The notes below the pieces were generated by a model. The model was not told the DNA's origin, ran no database searches, and was given only the letters and a program-made list of their open reading frames with translations. A DNA stretch of 64,000 bases from the NCBI GenBank assembly GCA_947626815.1, contig CANQTN010000007.1, positions 7,880 to 71,879 of the forward strand, read 5' to 3'. Shown here in pieces: positions 1-10,167 of this stretch. A program made the translations under genes and the position numbers. The first letter of the stretch is position 1. The number at the start of each line of letters is the position of its first letter. This DNA comes from an uncultured Clostridia bacterium. GTDB taxonomy: Bacteria; Bacillota; Clostridia; TANB77; CAG-508.

Positions 1-1185
1 GTAAAAATCGTTACCTACTAATTGTGATTCTGACAATGTTTTTCCTTCAGCATTTACAAAGCTATATTCAGAGGTTTCCAATATTTCTTCATCATTTTTA
101 ACTTTTATATTAAATATATATGGCTTAGAATTCTGTTTCGTAATTGTTATAGGTCCTAATTTATAATTTCCACCAACTGGATCTTCACCTGTTAATGTCT
201 TTGTTTCTACTTTTATAGGATTTCCTACTTTTTCTTCTTCGGCATTTTCACTATATTTACTTGCATTTTCTTTTGCTTCTTTAACTAACATTTTATACAA
301 TAAATCAGCTAATTCACTTCTTAATTTTCCTTCTTTTACTCTTCCATCACTATTTTGTAATAAATCTTCTCCATAATCACTCAATGGAGTATAAGAAAGA
401 TCTGAAGAAGTATTCTTATAATAAAGACTCAATGTACCATTACTTTCAACTGCTGCATTTGTTAAACCAGGTATTTCATTATAATTAGTAAAATACCATA
501 TAGCTGCTTGCTGAACAACTTTTATATCATCATCTGTAAATTTTTCCATTAATAATTTCCATAAATCTTCTTTACGACTTTCATAATTACTAATTAATGC
601 TAATAAAGCTTCTTCTGATTGAATATTTTTGAAATTATCAGTATAATAAGTTAAAATTCTTTGAATTAATTCTTTTTTTTCTTCTGTTGATTCATCTGGC
701 AAATACAATGAATCTAAAAGAGCTACTAAAGCATCCAAGGCTGTATAGTCAGTTCCATTTATTGATGTATCTTTAAGTTTTTTTGCAGACTCATTATGTG
801 TATTGCTCTTAAAGTCTTCTCTTCCAGATTTTGTTTCCAAATTAAAATATGTATCATATGAATCTGAACTAGGCTCACCACTTCCAAAACCTACACCCTG
901 TTTTATACAATAAATATTGTTATTACCATTTTCACTATATAATGCTGTTTTAGCTTGCAGTCCTTTTGTTGCTGGATCTGACGCATATCTTAATATATTC
1001 CAAAATTTTACACTTTCATTGGTTGACAAAGCATAGGACTTCCCATCTGGCATTTGTGGACTTACTCCAAAATATGCTTTATCACCATTTGGCAATTGCG
1101 TTGCCAAAACGCATCCTTGTGATGCAACAAAAATGATACATAAAACTATAGTTACCAATTTTAATAGATTTTCTTTTACGCTCAT
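1..1185 (-). CDS. Partial (start present, 3' end beyond window) secreted surface protein with TQXA-type thioester-domain features
   Basis: ATG at 1183-1185 (minus) is preceded by an AAAGGAGAGAG RBS. The frame stays open to position 1; I checked every triplet in that phase and found no TTA/CTA/TCA. N-terminal signal peptide MSVKENLLKLVTIVLCIIFVASQG. A conserved Cys lies in NIYCIKQGVGFG. Downstream VVQQAAIWYFTN resembles the TQxA(I/V)W Gln motif of thioester-forming adhesin domains. Confidence 0.55.
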   Translation of the reverse strand, partial: MSVKENLLKLVTIVLCIIFVASQGCVLATQLPNGDKAYFGVSPQMPDGKSYALSTNESVKFWNILRYASDPATKGLQAKTALYSENGNNNIYCIKQGVGFGSGEPSSDSYDTYFNLETKSGREDFKSNTHNESAKKLKDTSINGTDYTALDALVALLDSLYLPDESTEEKKELIQRILTYYTDNFKNIQSEEALLALISNYESRKEDLWKLLMEKFTDDDIKVVQQAAIWYFTNYNEIPGLTNAAVESNGTLSLYYKNTSSDLSYTPLSDYGEDLLQNSDGRVKEGKLRSELADLLYKMLVKEAKENASKYSENAEEEKVGNPIKVETKTLTGEDPVGGNYKLGPITITKQNSKPYIFNIKVKNDEEILETSEYSFVNAEGKTLSESQLVGNDFY

Positions 1186-1363
1186 TATTCTCTCTCCTTT
1201 AAAATTATAAAAGTAATTCTTACCCATACTACATTTTACTACATTTTTCTACATAAATCAATAGAAATTTTTTCACAACATTATTTATATTCCAAGAAAG
1301 TCAGCATTAAAAATTATAACTTTCCGTAAAAGATAATTATGTGAAACTAAGATATTAAGTATT

Positions 1364-1693
1364 TTATTTTTTAAATAAATCATACGGATTATATTTTTCT
1401 CTTTTTGTATCTTCTACTTTACACTGATTTTCATTTAAAATGCCTTGCATAAATTTTTTTTGACTTTCAGTTAACAAGTATTTCATATTTATATATGATA
1501 ATATTAATATTGTATCTTTATGTATATTTTGACTTTTTAAATCTTTTGTTTCATCATAATTCCAAACATATTCAATATCTTTGTTTTTTTCAATTATATC
1601 TATTAAATCTTTAGGGATTTTATCATAATCACTCTTTTTTAAATGATTTAATATTGTACTAACCTCAGAAAACCTTTTACTATACTCTAACAC
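1364..1693 (-). CDS. Hypothetical protein (109 aa), last gene of capA-like operon
   Basis: ORF sits 22 nt downstream of the 578-aa gene on the same strand. No recognisable motifs. Confidence 0.4.
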   Translation of the reverse strand: MLEYSKRFSEVSTILNHLKKSDYDKIPKDLIDIIEKNKDIEYVWNYDETKDLKSQNIHKDTILILSYINMKYLLTESQKKFMQGILNENQCKVEDTKREKYNPYDLFKK

Positions 1694-1714
1694 AATTAAA
1701 TCTCCTTTATAAAA

Positions 1715-3451
1715 TTAATGAGACTTTATTAGCTCATTTTTTGCCTTTAAATTTTCAAAAAGCATATTAATTTGTTCTACATTTTCTGCAGTTATATGTT
1801 CTTCTATACATGCCTCAGCTATTTGACGTGGAGTAACTATGTGTACTGGATGTGTTTTATGCTCTTTTAATCTTTTCATATATTCCTCTGCCGAAATTCC
1901 CGTTTCCGCAGGATTTTCTCTTCTACCCATTTCAAATCCATCCATATATGCTTTTATATTTTCTGGAGTTGCTTCAATCCATCCATATTTCAATAATTGC
2001 TCAGCAACACATCTTCTTGACTCATCATTAATCATATAAACTCCACAATATTTACTAAAGCTTTCTTCAAAAAATTGTCTATATGTACAATCAATTAAAT
2101 AACTTTTACCATGTAAACTAACAATACTAGCATTATGGCCTACACTACCATTTTCCAAATAATATCCAGGAAATAAATAAGTAGCACTTTCAAATCCTTT
2201 TGAAGTACTATCAATTAACACTCTTAATGTTGAATCTTCGCACTCTCCAACTAAACAATCTGTTACTAAATTATTATCTTTCATCAAGTGTCTTCGTTCT
2301 TTTTGAACTACACTAGTTAATTTTTCTTCATCAGACATATCTTCATTGAAATCATCATTTTGAATTTCTATATCTGAAATATAAGGTTCACTATCGATAA
2401 TATATTTATAAGATTTTTTAATTGGATCATCACAAGGATATAAACTATAATACTCTTGTATACTTGGTGTTACAATATCTTCAATTTCACTTGACTGTAT
2501 TAATATATTGTCAAGATATGTTTTTAAATTTTCTGGTGTAAACACAATGTCTTCATTTTTTGTCCTAATATATTTTTTCCCATCTTTAAAAACAATAGAA
2601 AATGTATCTGTACTAAAAACCAAATTATGTTTAATTTTTGAAAAGACATTTCGATGGTTTGCCGTAAAATTAAGCATTTCATAAGATATATTTGGACTCC
2701 ATGCCTTAACATATAATTTCCATAATTCTTTTATATTGTATTTATACAATACTTTACCATTCGTGATTAAAGTTTTTCCCTTTATACTTTTTATGTATTC
2801 TTCTTTAGTAGGTAATCTTATATTTTTATGTTTGGAGGTAGCTTCTATAAAACCATCAAGATAACTTTTAATATTTTCTGGTGTTGCTTCAATCCACCCA
2901 TATTTTAGTATGTGCTCAGCTAATTCTTTTTTTGATTTAGTATAAGACATTACTTTTCCTAAATTTAAAGTTTTTTGTTGCTCATTATTATTTTTTTTTT
3001 GAAAAAATTGTCTATATGCACAATCTATTATATATTTAGTTTTTCCAATAGTTGCTATAGTAAAGCTATGCGTATTATTTTGTAAACTTTCTTTTATGTC
3101 TACATTTTCTTTAGAATATAATTTAGCTAATGTTGATATGTCAACTTCTTCAAAAGTTATGCCTCTTTTTTCAGAATGCATTCTAATTAAAAGTTCAGTT
3201 AAAGCTTTTCCATCACCAATCAAGTTATCTTTCTTAATATCATAATTATTCTTTTTGAAAGGAGTCCATTTCATATCAAGGCAAGTTGAATTAGTATAAT
3301 TTGCTAAATTTTTGAAATTGTGTACTGTTAATCTTAAATTTTGAACTAAATAATTTACTTTTTCTTCACTACTCATTGTACTACTATAATTTAGTCCTAT
3401 ATGTTTATTTAATATAGGCATAATATCTATATCTTCCATCATAATCTTCAA
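1715..3451 (-). CDS. Hypothetical cytoplasmic protein (578 aa) with internal tandem duplication
   Basis: Two homologous segments of about 170 aa each end in YI/LIDC(A/T)YRQFF ... LKYGWIEATPENIK(S/A)Y(L/M)DGF, with His upstream of the Cys (GHNASIVSLHG...DCTYRQFF). Start ATGA overlaps the stop of the upstream capA-like gene, suggesting translational coupling. No signal peptide. Confidence 0.6.
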   Translation of the reverse strand: MKIMMEDIDIMPILNKHIGLNYSSTMSSEEKVNYLVQNLRLTVHNFKNLANYTNSTCLDMKWTPFKKNNYDIKKDNLIGDGKALTELLIRMHSEKRGITFEEVDISTLAKLYSKENVDIKESLQNNTHSFTIATIGKTKYIIDCAYRQFFQKKNNNEQQKTLNLGKVMSYTKSKKELAEHILKYGWIEATPENIKSYLDGFIEATSKHKNIRLPTKEEYIKSIKGKTLITNGKVLYKYNIKELWKLYVKAWSPNISYEMLNFTANHRNVFSKIKHNLVFSTDTFSIVFKDGKKYIRTKNEDIVFTPENLKTYLDNILIQSSEIEDIVTPSIQEYYSLYPCDDPIKKSYKYIIDSEPYISDIEIQNDDFNEDMSDEEKLTSVVQKERRHLMKDNNLVTDCLVGECEDSTLRVLIDSTSKGFESATYLFPGYYLENGSVGHNASIVSLHGKSYLIDCTYRQFFEESFSKYCGVYMINDESRRCVAEQLLKYGWIEATPENIKAYMDGFEMGRRENPAETGISAEEYMKRLKEHKTHPVHIVTPRQIAEACIEEHITAENVEQINMLFENLKAKNELIKSH

Positions 3452-4710
3452 TTATTATTTGAAATTTCAGGCCCAACAATATTTTGAGTTCTTTCAAGTT
3501 CAGTCTTAGCAAGATTATACATTGCTTCATTCCAATTACCTAAGCCAGACTCATATTCTTTAATAATTGTTTCTATATCTAATAACTCATACCTATCTTT
3601 ACCATTATAATTTGGATTTTGCCCAAAAGAATTATCATAAACATAAACAGGAACATAATTAGCAGAATCTACACTAACCTTATGAGTAGAACCATCTTTA
3701 CAAACTTTAACATCAACAATAACAGTATTTCTTGTATTAGGAAAAGTTTGTGCAGAAAAGAAATTTCCCATAGAATAGATAACAAAACCAGATTTAGTAG
3801 TTCCATCATCCATTGTAACAGTTTTCATCTCCATAGGTTCTAAAACATGAGGATGACAACCAAGAATAACTTGTACATCATTTTCAATCAAAAATTTAGC
3901 TAAATCTTCTTGAGTAGAATTAGGAACAATATGATACTCATCACCCCAATGCATACTTACGCAAATAAGCTCAGCACCTTCTGCTTTAGCTGCGTCAATT
4001 TTATTTTTAATAGAATTTTTATCAATTAAATTAACACAAAACTCTTTACCAGCAGGAAGAGGAATTCCATTAGTACCATAAGTAAAAGCTAGAAAAGCGG
4101 TTTTAATACCATTTAAATCTTTAAACAAGATTTTATTTTGCTCTTCAGCAGTTCTTGCAGAACCAGTATGCTCTAACTTTGCATCATCTAAATAATTTAA
4201 AGTAGAAGTAAGGCCAGAAAATCCCATATCTAAAGAATGATTATTAGCAGTAGTCATTATATCTAAGCCCAATTCTTTTAAATCAGTAGCCAAAGCCTCT
4301 GGGGTATTAAAGGTAGGATAACCACTATAACCTCTTTGTGCTCCAGCAAGAGTAGCTTCAAGATTTCCAACACAAACAGTAGCATTTTCAAAATATTTAG
4401 AAACATATTTAAACATAGGAGAAAAGTCATATAAACCAGTTGAACTATCATATGCATCTTTAAAATTCTGACTATGACATAAAGTGTCACCAATAGCTAC
4501 AATATTTGCATAAGAATTTTTAGGTGAAATATCAACTTTCAAAATATTTTGAGTACTATCAGAAGTATTATCCGAAATATGTTCAATATTAGCATTTTTA
4601 AAACCTAATAAAGAAAGCAATTTGGGAATAGTAAAAATTAGCAATATAGCCAAAATAGTAATAAAAATAATTTTTAAGATTATATTTTTTTTCAAAAAAA
4701 TTCCCCCCAT
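3448..4710 (-). CDS. capA: CapA/PgsA-family (PGA_cap) metallophosphatase, membrane-anchored
   Basis: Motifs VAIGDTLCHSQN, ANNHSLDMGFSGL, ICVSMHWGDEY, VILGCHPHVLEP and SMGNFFSAQ are typical of the CapA calcineurin-like phosphoesterase family. N-terminal TM helix. The true start is probably the TTG at 4693-4695, which follows a GGGGGG RBS. Confidence 0.85.
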   Translation of the reverse strand: MGGIFLKKNIILKIIFITILAILLIFTIPKLLSLLGFKNANIEHISDNTSDSTQNILKVDISPKNSYANIVAIGDTLCHSQNFKDAYDSSTGLYDFSPMFKYVSKYFENATVCVGNLEATLAGAQRGYSGYPTFNTPEALATDLKELGLDIMTTANNHSLDMGFSGLTSTLNYLDDAKLEHTGSARTAEEQNKILFKDLNGIKTAFLAFTYGTNGIPLPAGKEFCVNLIDKNSIKNKIDAAKAEGAELICVSMHWGDEYHIVPNSTQEDLAKFLIENDVQVILGCHPHVLEPMEMKTVTMDDGTTKSGFVIYSMGNFFSAQTFPNTRNTVIVDVKVCKDGSTHKVSVDSANYVPVYVYDNSFGQNPNYNGKDRYELLDIETIIKEYESGLGNWNEAMYNLAKTELERTQNIVGPEISNNN

Positions 4711-4928
4711 TAAATATAATATTCTCTATATAATATCACAAAAGAAGACAAAAATCAACAAATTTCTATTTAAACCTAAGGAAATAAGGACTTCAAGAAA
4801 ATAGAATAATAATATTACAAAGTGTAAAGAAAATGTAAAATTAATTTAAAAAAAGAAATTTAAAAATCTAAAAAGTAACATCCGTAAAAGCATATAAGAC
4901 GAAAAAAAATAACAACAAAAAACCATAC

Positions 4929-4957
4929 TTGATTTAAATTTTTACCATTTATATAAT
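4929..4957 (+). promoter_or_regulatory. Putative sigma-A promoter of first giant surface-protein cassette
   Basis: TTGATT - 17 nt - TATAAT, about 60 nt upstream of the 5016 start. Confidence 0.35.
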
Positions 4958-5015
4958 AAAAATATAACAAAAATTTTGTTTAATAAGCCATAGTTTAAGA
5001 AAGGAATGAAAAAAC

Positions 5016-8000
5016 ATGAAAGAAAAAATCATTAATTTATTTACAATCATAAGCTTAATAATTGCCTTAATAGGAGTAGATTTATTATTTCTAGGAGTAA
5101 AAACAGTAGAAGCTTTATCAGCAGCAAGTAATGCAAACATATCATTTGATACTTATTTAAAAGATGGAGAAAACAAAACTTACAATAAAGTAGCAGCAAT
5201 AAGTCAAGGAGAAAAATTATACATAAATATAACACTTGCAAAAACAGGTGTTATTGAGAATGGAAAAATAGAAATAAAAAATGCAAACTTTAAAATTAAG
5301 TCAGTTGAAAGCAAATATATTAAAAACGTAAATATTAATGATAATATAATAGAATTAAATAAAATAATATCAGGACAAAATGTCAAACTTGAAATACCAA
5401 TAGAAATTGGAAAAACAGAACAAATAGATAAAAACTATATATCACAAGAAACATTAATAACATTTAAAGGAAATTATAAATATGACGAAAATAAACAAAA
5501 AGATATAAAACTAGAAAAAAACATACATGTAAATTGGAAAGAAACAGCAGAAGTAGAAATAAATCAAGAAATAGAAAAATATATCAATTTATCACAAACA
5601 ACATTAATTCAAGCAAAAATAAATACAAAATTAGAAAAAAATATATTAGTAAATGGAAAAACAATAGAAGCAAAAGTTCCAGAAATAGAAAATAATATTC
5701 CAGAATCAGTAGAAGTACTAATAAACGGAACAAAAACAAATCAAGAAAATTACAATTATAATAAAGAAAATAAAACAGTAACAATACAAAACAGTCAAAT
5801 AACTTCAAAAGAAGACGAGTACAAAATAATATATATTTATGCAAATCAAATAACATCAGAAGTATTACCAATAACATTAGATACAAAAACAATAATATCA
5901 CAATATACAGATGAAAAAGTAGAAAAACAAAGTAATGAGACATTCCAAGTAAAAAAATCAAATAACAAAGTTTCTATAAAAAATAATGCAAGTGAAAACA
6001 TATATAAAGGATATATGTATACAGGAACAAAAAATACAAATTATCAAGAAAAAATAGAAATGGAAATATCAACATTAGAAGATATAAATGAAATAGAAAT
6101 AAAAAATATAAAAGATAATTTCATAAACACAAGAAATAGAAGTGTAACAGTAAATAATAATACATTTATAAAAAATATGAAATTAAATAAAGATAACGTA
6201 AAAAGTGTATTAGGAGAAAATTTTGAAATAAAAATAATTGGAGAAAATGACAAAGAACTAGCAAATATACAATCAGATAGTAAATGGGACGAAAATGGAA
6301 ATATAACAATTTCTTTAAAAGAAAAAGAAATAGAAAAACTAAAAATAAAAACTAATAAACCAGAACAAATAGGTACATTACAAATAGAAATAAACAAATA
6401 TATAAAAGGAAATGCAGGATATAGCAGAGAACAACTAAAAACAATAACAAAATTAGAAAACACAAAAATAGTTTCAGCAGGGGGAATAGAAAATTCAGTA
6501 AGTAGTATAAATGAATTGGCAGATACAATAGCAGAAGGAAAAATAGAAATAAGTAATAATCAATGGTCTGCATATAATAAAAATGAAAATATACAAATAT
6601 CTGCAATATTAAAATCAAACAATGAAAAACATGATTTATACAAAAATCCATATATAGAAATTAAGTTGCCACAAGAAGTAGAAACAATTGACATACATTC
6701 AACCAAAATTCTATATGCAGATGGATTACAAATAAAATCAGCACAATACAACAATGACACAAAGGCAATACAAATACAATTTGAAGGAGAGCAAAGTGGT
6801 TTTAGAACAAAAATAGAAGAAGGAATACAAGTAACAATAAATGCAGATATAACACTATCAAAAAACACAGCAACTAAAGAAAAAACAATTTCTATGATAT
6901 ACAAAAATGAAAATAGAAATGGAGAACAAAATGAAGCAAACACTAAAGTGAAATTAGCATCAAAATATGGAGCTATTTGGTATAATAATATATCAGGTTA
7001 TAATAAAGAAAATGACGTTCTTGAAACTACAGAAAACAAAGTATTAAAAGGAGAACTAGACACAGATGAAGGAGAAAAACATGCAACAATAAATCAAACA
7101 TTTATAAACAATTATGAAGAACCAATAAATGAAATAACAATAGTAGGAAACTTAGGTGGAGCAAACAGTGAAAAAGGAGGTATAGAAAGTAACTTTACAG
7201 CAAATTTAATACAAAATATACAAATAAATGGTGCAGAGGCAAAAGTATATTACTCAAATAAAGAAAATATATCAGAAGAAGACGAAACATGGCAAGAAAA
7301 TATGGAAAACATGCAAGATGTTAAATCATATAAAATAGTAGCACAACAAGAACTACAACCAACTGAAAGAATAGACATATCATATCAAGTAAAAATACCA
7401 AAGAAATTAGGAAAAGGAGCAAAAACTTATGAATCAACAAAGGTAACATATAGCTATAATGGAAAAAAATTAAGTAATGCATCAACAATTTCTTTAGCAT
7501 CAGAAGGTATACAAGCAGATGGAGTAATAGAAGAACATAATGGAGTTGAAACAAAAATAATTGCAACAAGTGGAAACAAAGAATTAAAAGATGGAGACGA
7601 AATACCAGAAGGACAACCAGTAAAATATCAAGTATCTGTTACTAATAAGACAGAAGAAGATTTAAAGAACTTTAAATTAGAGGCAAAACATACAAATACA
7701 GCATTTTATGTAAAAGTTGAAAAAGAAGCAGAGGTAACAGATTCAGAAATACCAGAAACAATGATATACACAGAAAAACAGGAAAACGTTCAAAGTACAA
7801 CACAAACAGCAGAAACTATAAAAAAAGGAGAAACAAAAATATTTGAATATGAATTTTCACCTAAAAAGAAAAATGGAGATGAAATAGAAGGAAATATAAA
7901 AATATCAGCAGAAAATTTAGAAGAACAAGAAATAAAAACAATAAAAAATACAATAAAAGATGCTAAAATTGGAATAGATATTTTTTCTGGAATAGATGAA

Positions 8001-10166
8001 AATAGAACTACAGTTGAAAATATGCAAATACGATATATATTCAATATTACAAATTATTCAAAAGAAAAACAAGAAGATGTTGTAGTAAATATCAATTGTT
8101 CAGATTTAATAAAACATTTTGCTAGTTCTAATGATCCTGGAGTAAACGTAAATGAAGATTTAGGATTTGAAATAACAGAAGAGAACGATTCCGGGTTAAT
8201 TATAAAAATAGATAAAATAGAAGCAAATGAAACATTTAAATGTGCGTTAGAATTTGAAGTAGGAAACTTAAAAAATATGGATGGCACAGACATATATACA
8301 ATTTATGCTACATCTAAAAATAATGAAGAAATATACTATTCTAATATAATAACTAAGGAAATAAAAAGAACAATGGCAAAATTAACAGGAAAACAATATT
8401 CTAATGTACAAGAGAAAATTGTAAAAATGGGTGATAAAATTATTTACACAGCGGAAATAATTAATGAAGATCAATTATTAGAAGCTAATCCTGTAGAGAT
8501 AGATCACGAAATGTCAGAAGAAAATTCTAAAATAGAAAAAGCATATATAAAAAACGAAAAAGGTGAAATATTTAATATTAATTTAAGTAGTACAAGTTCA
8601 TCTAAAACAGAATATGATTTAAAGAAAAATGAAAAAATAGAATATGTTGCAGAAGTAAGAATAGAGAATGATGAAAATAAAAATTATAAAGACACTATAG
8701 AAAGTAAAATACACTTATTATGGAGTATGGGTGGATATCTAGAATTAAACACATTATCAAATACTATAGAAGAACCTAAAAATGAAGGACAAGAAACAGC
8801 ACCACCAGAAACAGATGATAACCATATAAATAAAAAACCAAATACCGATAATGATAATGATGATAATAGTAATAATGGCAATGTCATAGAAGATAAAAAT
8901 GACGACGATTACAATGATAGCGATGATAACAACAATAATGATGACAACAATAATGACGATAGCGATAATGACAACAATAATGATAATAGCGATGATGATA
9001 ATAACGATAATGACGATGGACAACAAGGAAATAACAATAACAATAACAATGGCAATAACGATGGCAATAACAATAGCAACAACAATGGAAATAATAATGG
9101 CAACAATAACGGTAACAATGATAGCAATAATAATAACAATGAACAACAAGGAAATAACAACAATGGAAATGTTAATAATCAAAAAGCATATTATATCTCA
9201 GGAACTGCATGGGTAGATGTAAACAAAAATGGAGAAAAAGAGGAAGAAGAAAATAAGTTAGCAGATTTAGAAGTAAAACTAATAAGTGCAATATCTGGAG
9301 ATGTAATAAAAGAAACTAAAACTGATAGTAAAGGATATTATAAATTTGATGATGTAAAAAAAGGAAACTACATGGTTGTATTTAATTATGATATATCATC
9401 ATATCAAATAACACAATACAAAAAACAAGGAATAAGTGAAAACAATAATTCAAATGTTATTCAAAAAGAAATGGAAGGCCAACTAGTTGCAATTACAGAT
9501 AATTTAGAAATTATAGACAAAGATATAAAATATGTAAATGCTGGGTTTGTGGTAAACACTAAATTTGACTTTAGTATAAATAAATCAATAAATAAAGTAA
9601 TTGTACAAAATGCTGAAGGAACAAAACAAGTTAATTATAATAAGGCAAAATTAGCAAAAGTAGAAATACCTGGAAAATATATAGAAAACAGCACAATTGT
9701 AGTAGAATATTTAATAGAAGTTACAAATGAAGGAGAAATACCTGGATATGCAAATGAAATAGTTGACTATATGCCAGAAGATTTGGAATTTGATGCAGGA
9801 AAAAACAAAGATTGGTATATAAGCACAGATAGGAATATACATAATATTAATTTAGCAAATGCAATAATTAATCCAGGAGAAACAAAACAATTAACACTAA
9901 CATTGACGAAAAAAATGACATTAGATAATACAGGAACATGCACTAATATAGTAGAAATTGCAAAAGCAAGTAATGATCAAAATATTGGAGATAATGATTC
10001 AATACCAGGAAATAGAAAAGATAATGAAGATGATATAAGTACAGCAGAATTAATAATATCTGTAAAAACAGGTGTTATAGCAATATCTATAAGTGTAATT
10101 AGCATACTTGTATTAGTAGTTTTAGCAAATATACTTTATATAAAAAAGAAAAAAGGAGGAAAATAG
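5016..10166 (+). CDS. Giant secreted surface protein (1716 aa) with SdrD-B-like and DUF11-like domains, C-terminal TM anchor
   Basis: Signal peptide MKEKIINLFTIISLIIALIGVDLLFLGVKTVEA. Asn/Asp-rich low-complexity linker at 8830-9180. SdrD-B-like segment ISGTAWVDVNKNGEKEE...TDSKGYYKFDDVKKGNYMVVFNYD. DUF11-like segment VVEYLIEVTNEGEIPGYANEIVDYMPEDLEFD...INPGETKQLTLTLT. C-terminus ISVKTGVIAISISVISILVLVVLANILYIKKKKGGK is a motif, then a hydrophobic helix, then a basic tail, with no LPXTG. Confidence 0.85.
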   Translation: MKEKIINLFTIISLIIALIGVDLLFLGVKTVEALSAASNANISFDTYLKDGENKTYNKVAAISQGEKLYINITLAKTGVIENGKIEIKNANFKIKSVESKYIKNVNINDNIIELNKIISGQNVKLEIPIEIGKTEQIDKNYISQETLITFKGNYKYDENKQKDIKLEKNIHVNWKETAEVEINQEIEKYINLSQTTLIQAKINTKLEKNILVNGKTIEAKVPEIENNIPESVEVLINGTKTNQENYNYNKENKTVTIQNSQITSKEDEYKIIYIYANQITSEVLPITLDTKTIISQYTDEKVEKQSNETFQVKKSNNKVSIKNNASENIYKGYMYTGTKNTNYQEKIEMEISTLEDINEIEIKNIKDNFINTRNRSVTVNNNTFIKNMKLNKDNVKSVLGENFEIKIIGENDKELANIQSDSKWDENGNITISLKEKEIEKLKIKTNKPEQIGTLQIEINKYIKGNAGYSREQLKTITKLENTKIVSAGGIENSVSSINELADTIAEGKIEISNNQWSAYNKNENIQISAILKSNNEKHDLYKNPYIEIKLPQEVETIDIHSTKILYADGLQIKSAQYNNDTKAIQIQFEGEQSGFRTKIEEGIQVTINADITLSKNTATKEKTISMIYKNENRNGEQNEANTKVKLASKYGAIWYNNISGYNKENDVLETTENKVLKGELDTDEGEKHATINQTFINNYEEPINEITIVGNLGGANSEKGGIESNFTANLIQNIQINGAEAKVYYSNKENISEEDETWQENMENMQDVKSYKIVAQQELQPTERIDISYQVKIPKKLGKGAKTYESTKVTYSYNGKKLSNASTISLASEGIQADGVIEEHNGVETKIIATSGNKELKDGDEIPEGQPVKYQVSVTNKTEEDLKNFKLEAKHTNTAFYVKVEKEAEVTDSEIPETMIYTEKQENVQSTTQTAETIKKGETKIFEYEFSPKKKNGDEIEGNIKISAENLEEQEIKTIKNTIKDAKIGIDIFSGIDENRTTVENMQIRYIFNITNYSKEKQEDVVVNINCSDLIKHFASSNDPGVNVNEDLGFEITEENDSGLIIKIDKIEANETFKCALEFEVGNLKNMDGTDIYTIYATSKNNEEIYYSNIITKEIKRTMAKLTGKQYSNVQEKIVKMGDKIIYTAEIINEDQLLEANPVEIDHEMSEENSKIEKAYIKNEKGEIFNINLSSTSSSKTEYDLKKNEKIEYVAEVRIENDENKNYKDTIESKIHLLWSMGGYLELNTLSNTIEEPKNEGQETAPPETDDNHINKKPNTDNDNDDNSNNGNVIEDKNDDDYNDSDDNNNNDDNNNDDSDNDNNNDNSDDDNNDNDDGQQGNNNNNNNGNNDGNNNSNNNGNNNGNNNGNNDSNNNNNEQQGNNNNGNVNNQKAYYISGTAWVDVNKNGEKEEEENKLADLEVKLISAISGDVIKETKTDSKGYYKFDDVKKGNYMVVFNYDISSYQITQYKKQGISENNNSNVIQKEMEGQLVAITDNLEIIDKDIKYVNAGFVVNTKFDFSINKSINKVIVQNAEGTKQVNYNKAKLAKVEIPGKYIENSTIVVEYLIEVTNEGEIPGYANEIVDYMPEDLEFDAGKNKDWYISTDRNIHNINLANAIINPGETKQLTLTLTKKMTLDNTGTCTNIVEIAKASNDQNIGDNDSIPGNRKDNEDDISTAELIISVKTGVIAISISVISILVLVVLANILYIKKKKGGK

Positions 10167-10167
10167 A

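Noticed and set aside
8757-9216. ORFs on both strands encoding poly-Ile/Leu/Thr peptides, and a possible CRISPR-like periodicity in the AAT/AAC/GAT-rich DNA
   Set aside because: The region lies inside the continuous 1716-aa reading frame as an Asn/Asp linker. The repeats are trinucleotide low-complexity without conserved direct repeats or spacers. Opposite-strand ORFs are compositional artefacts. The same applies to 21271-21698.
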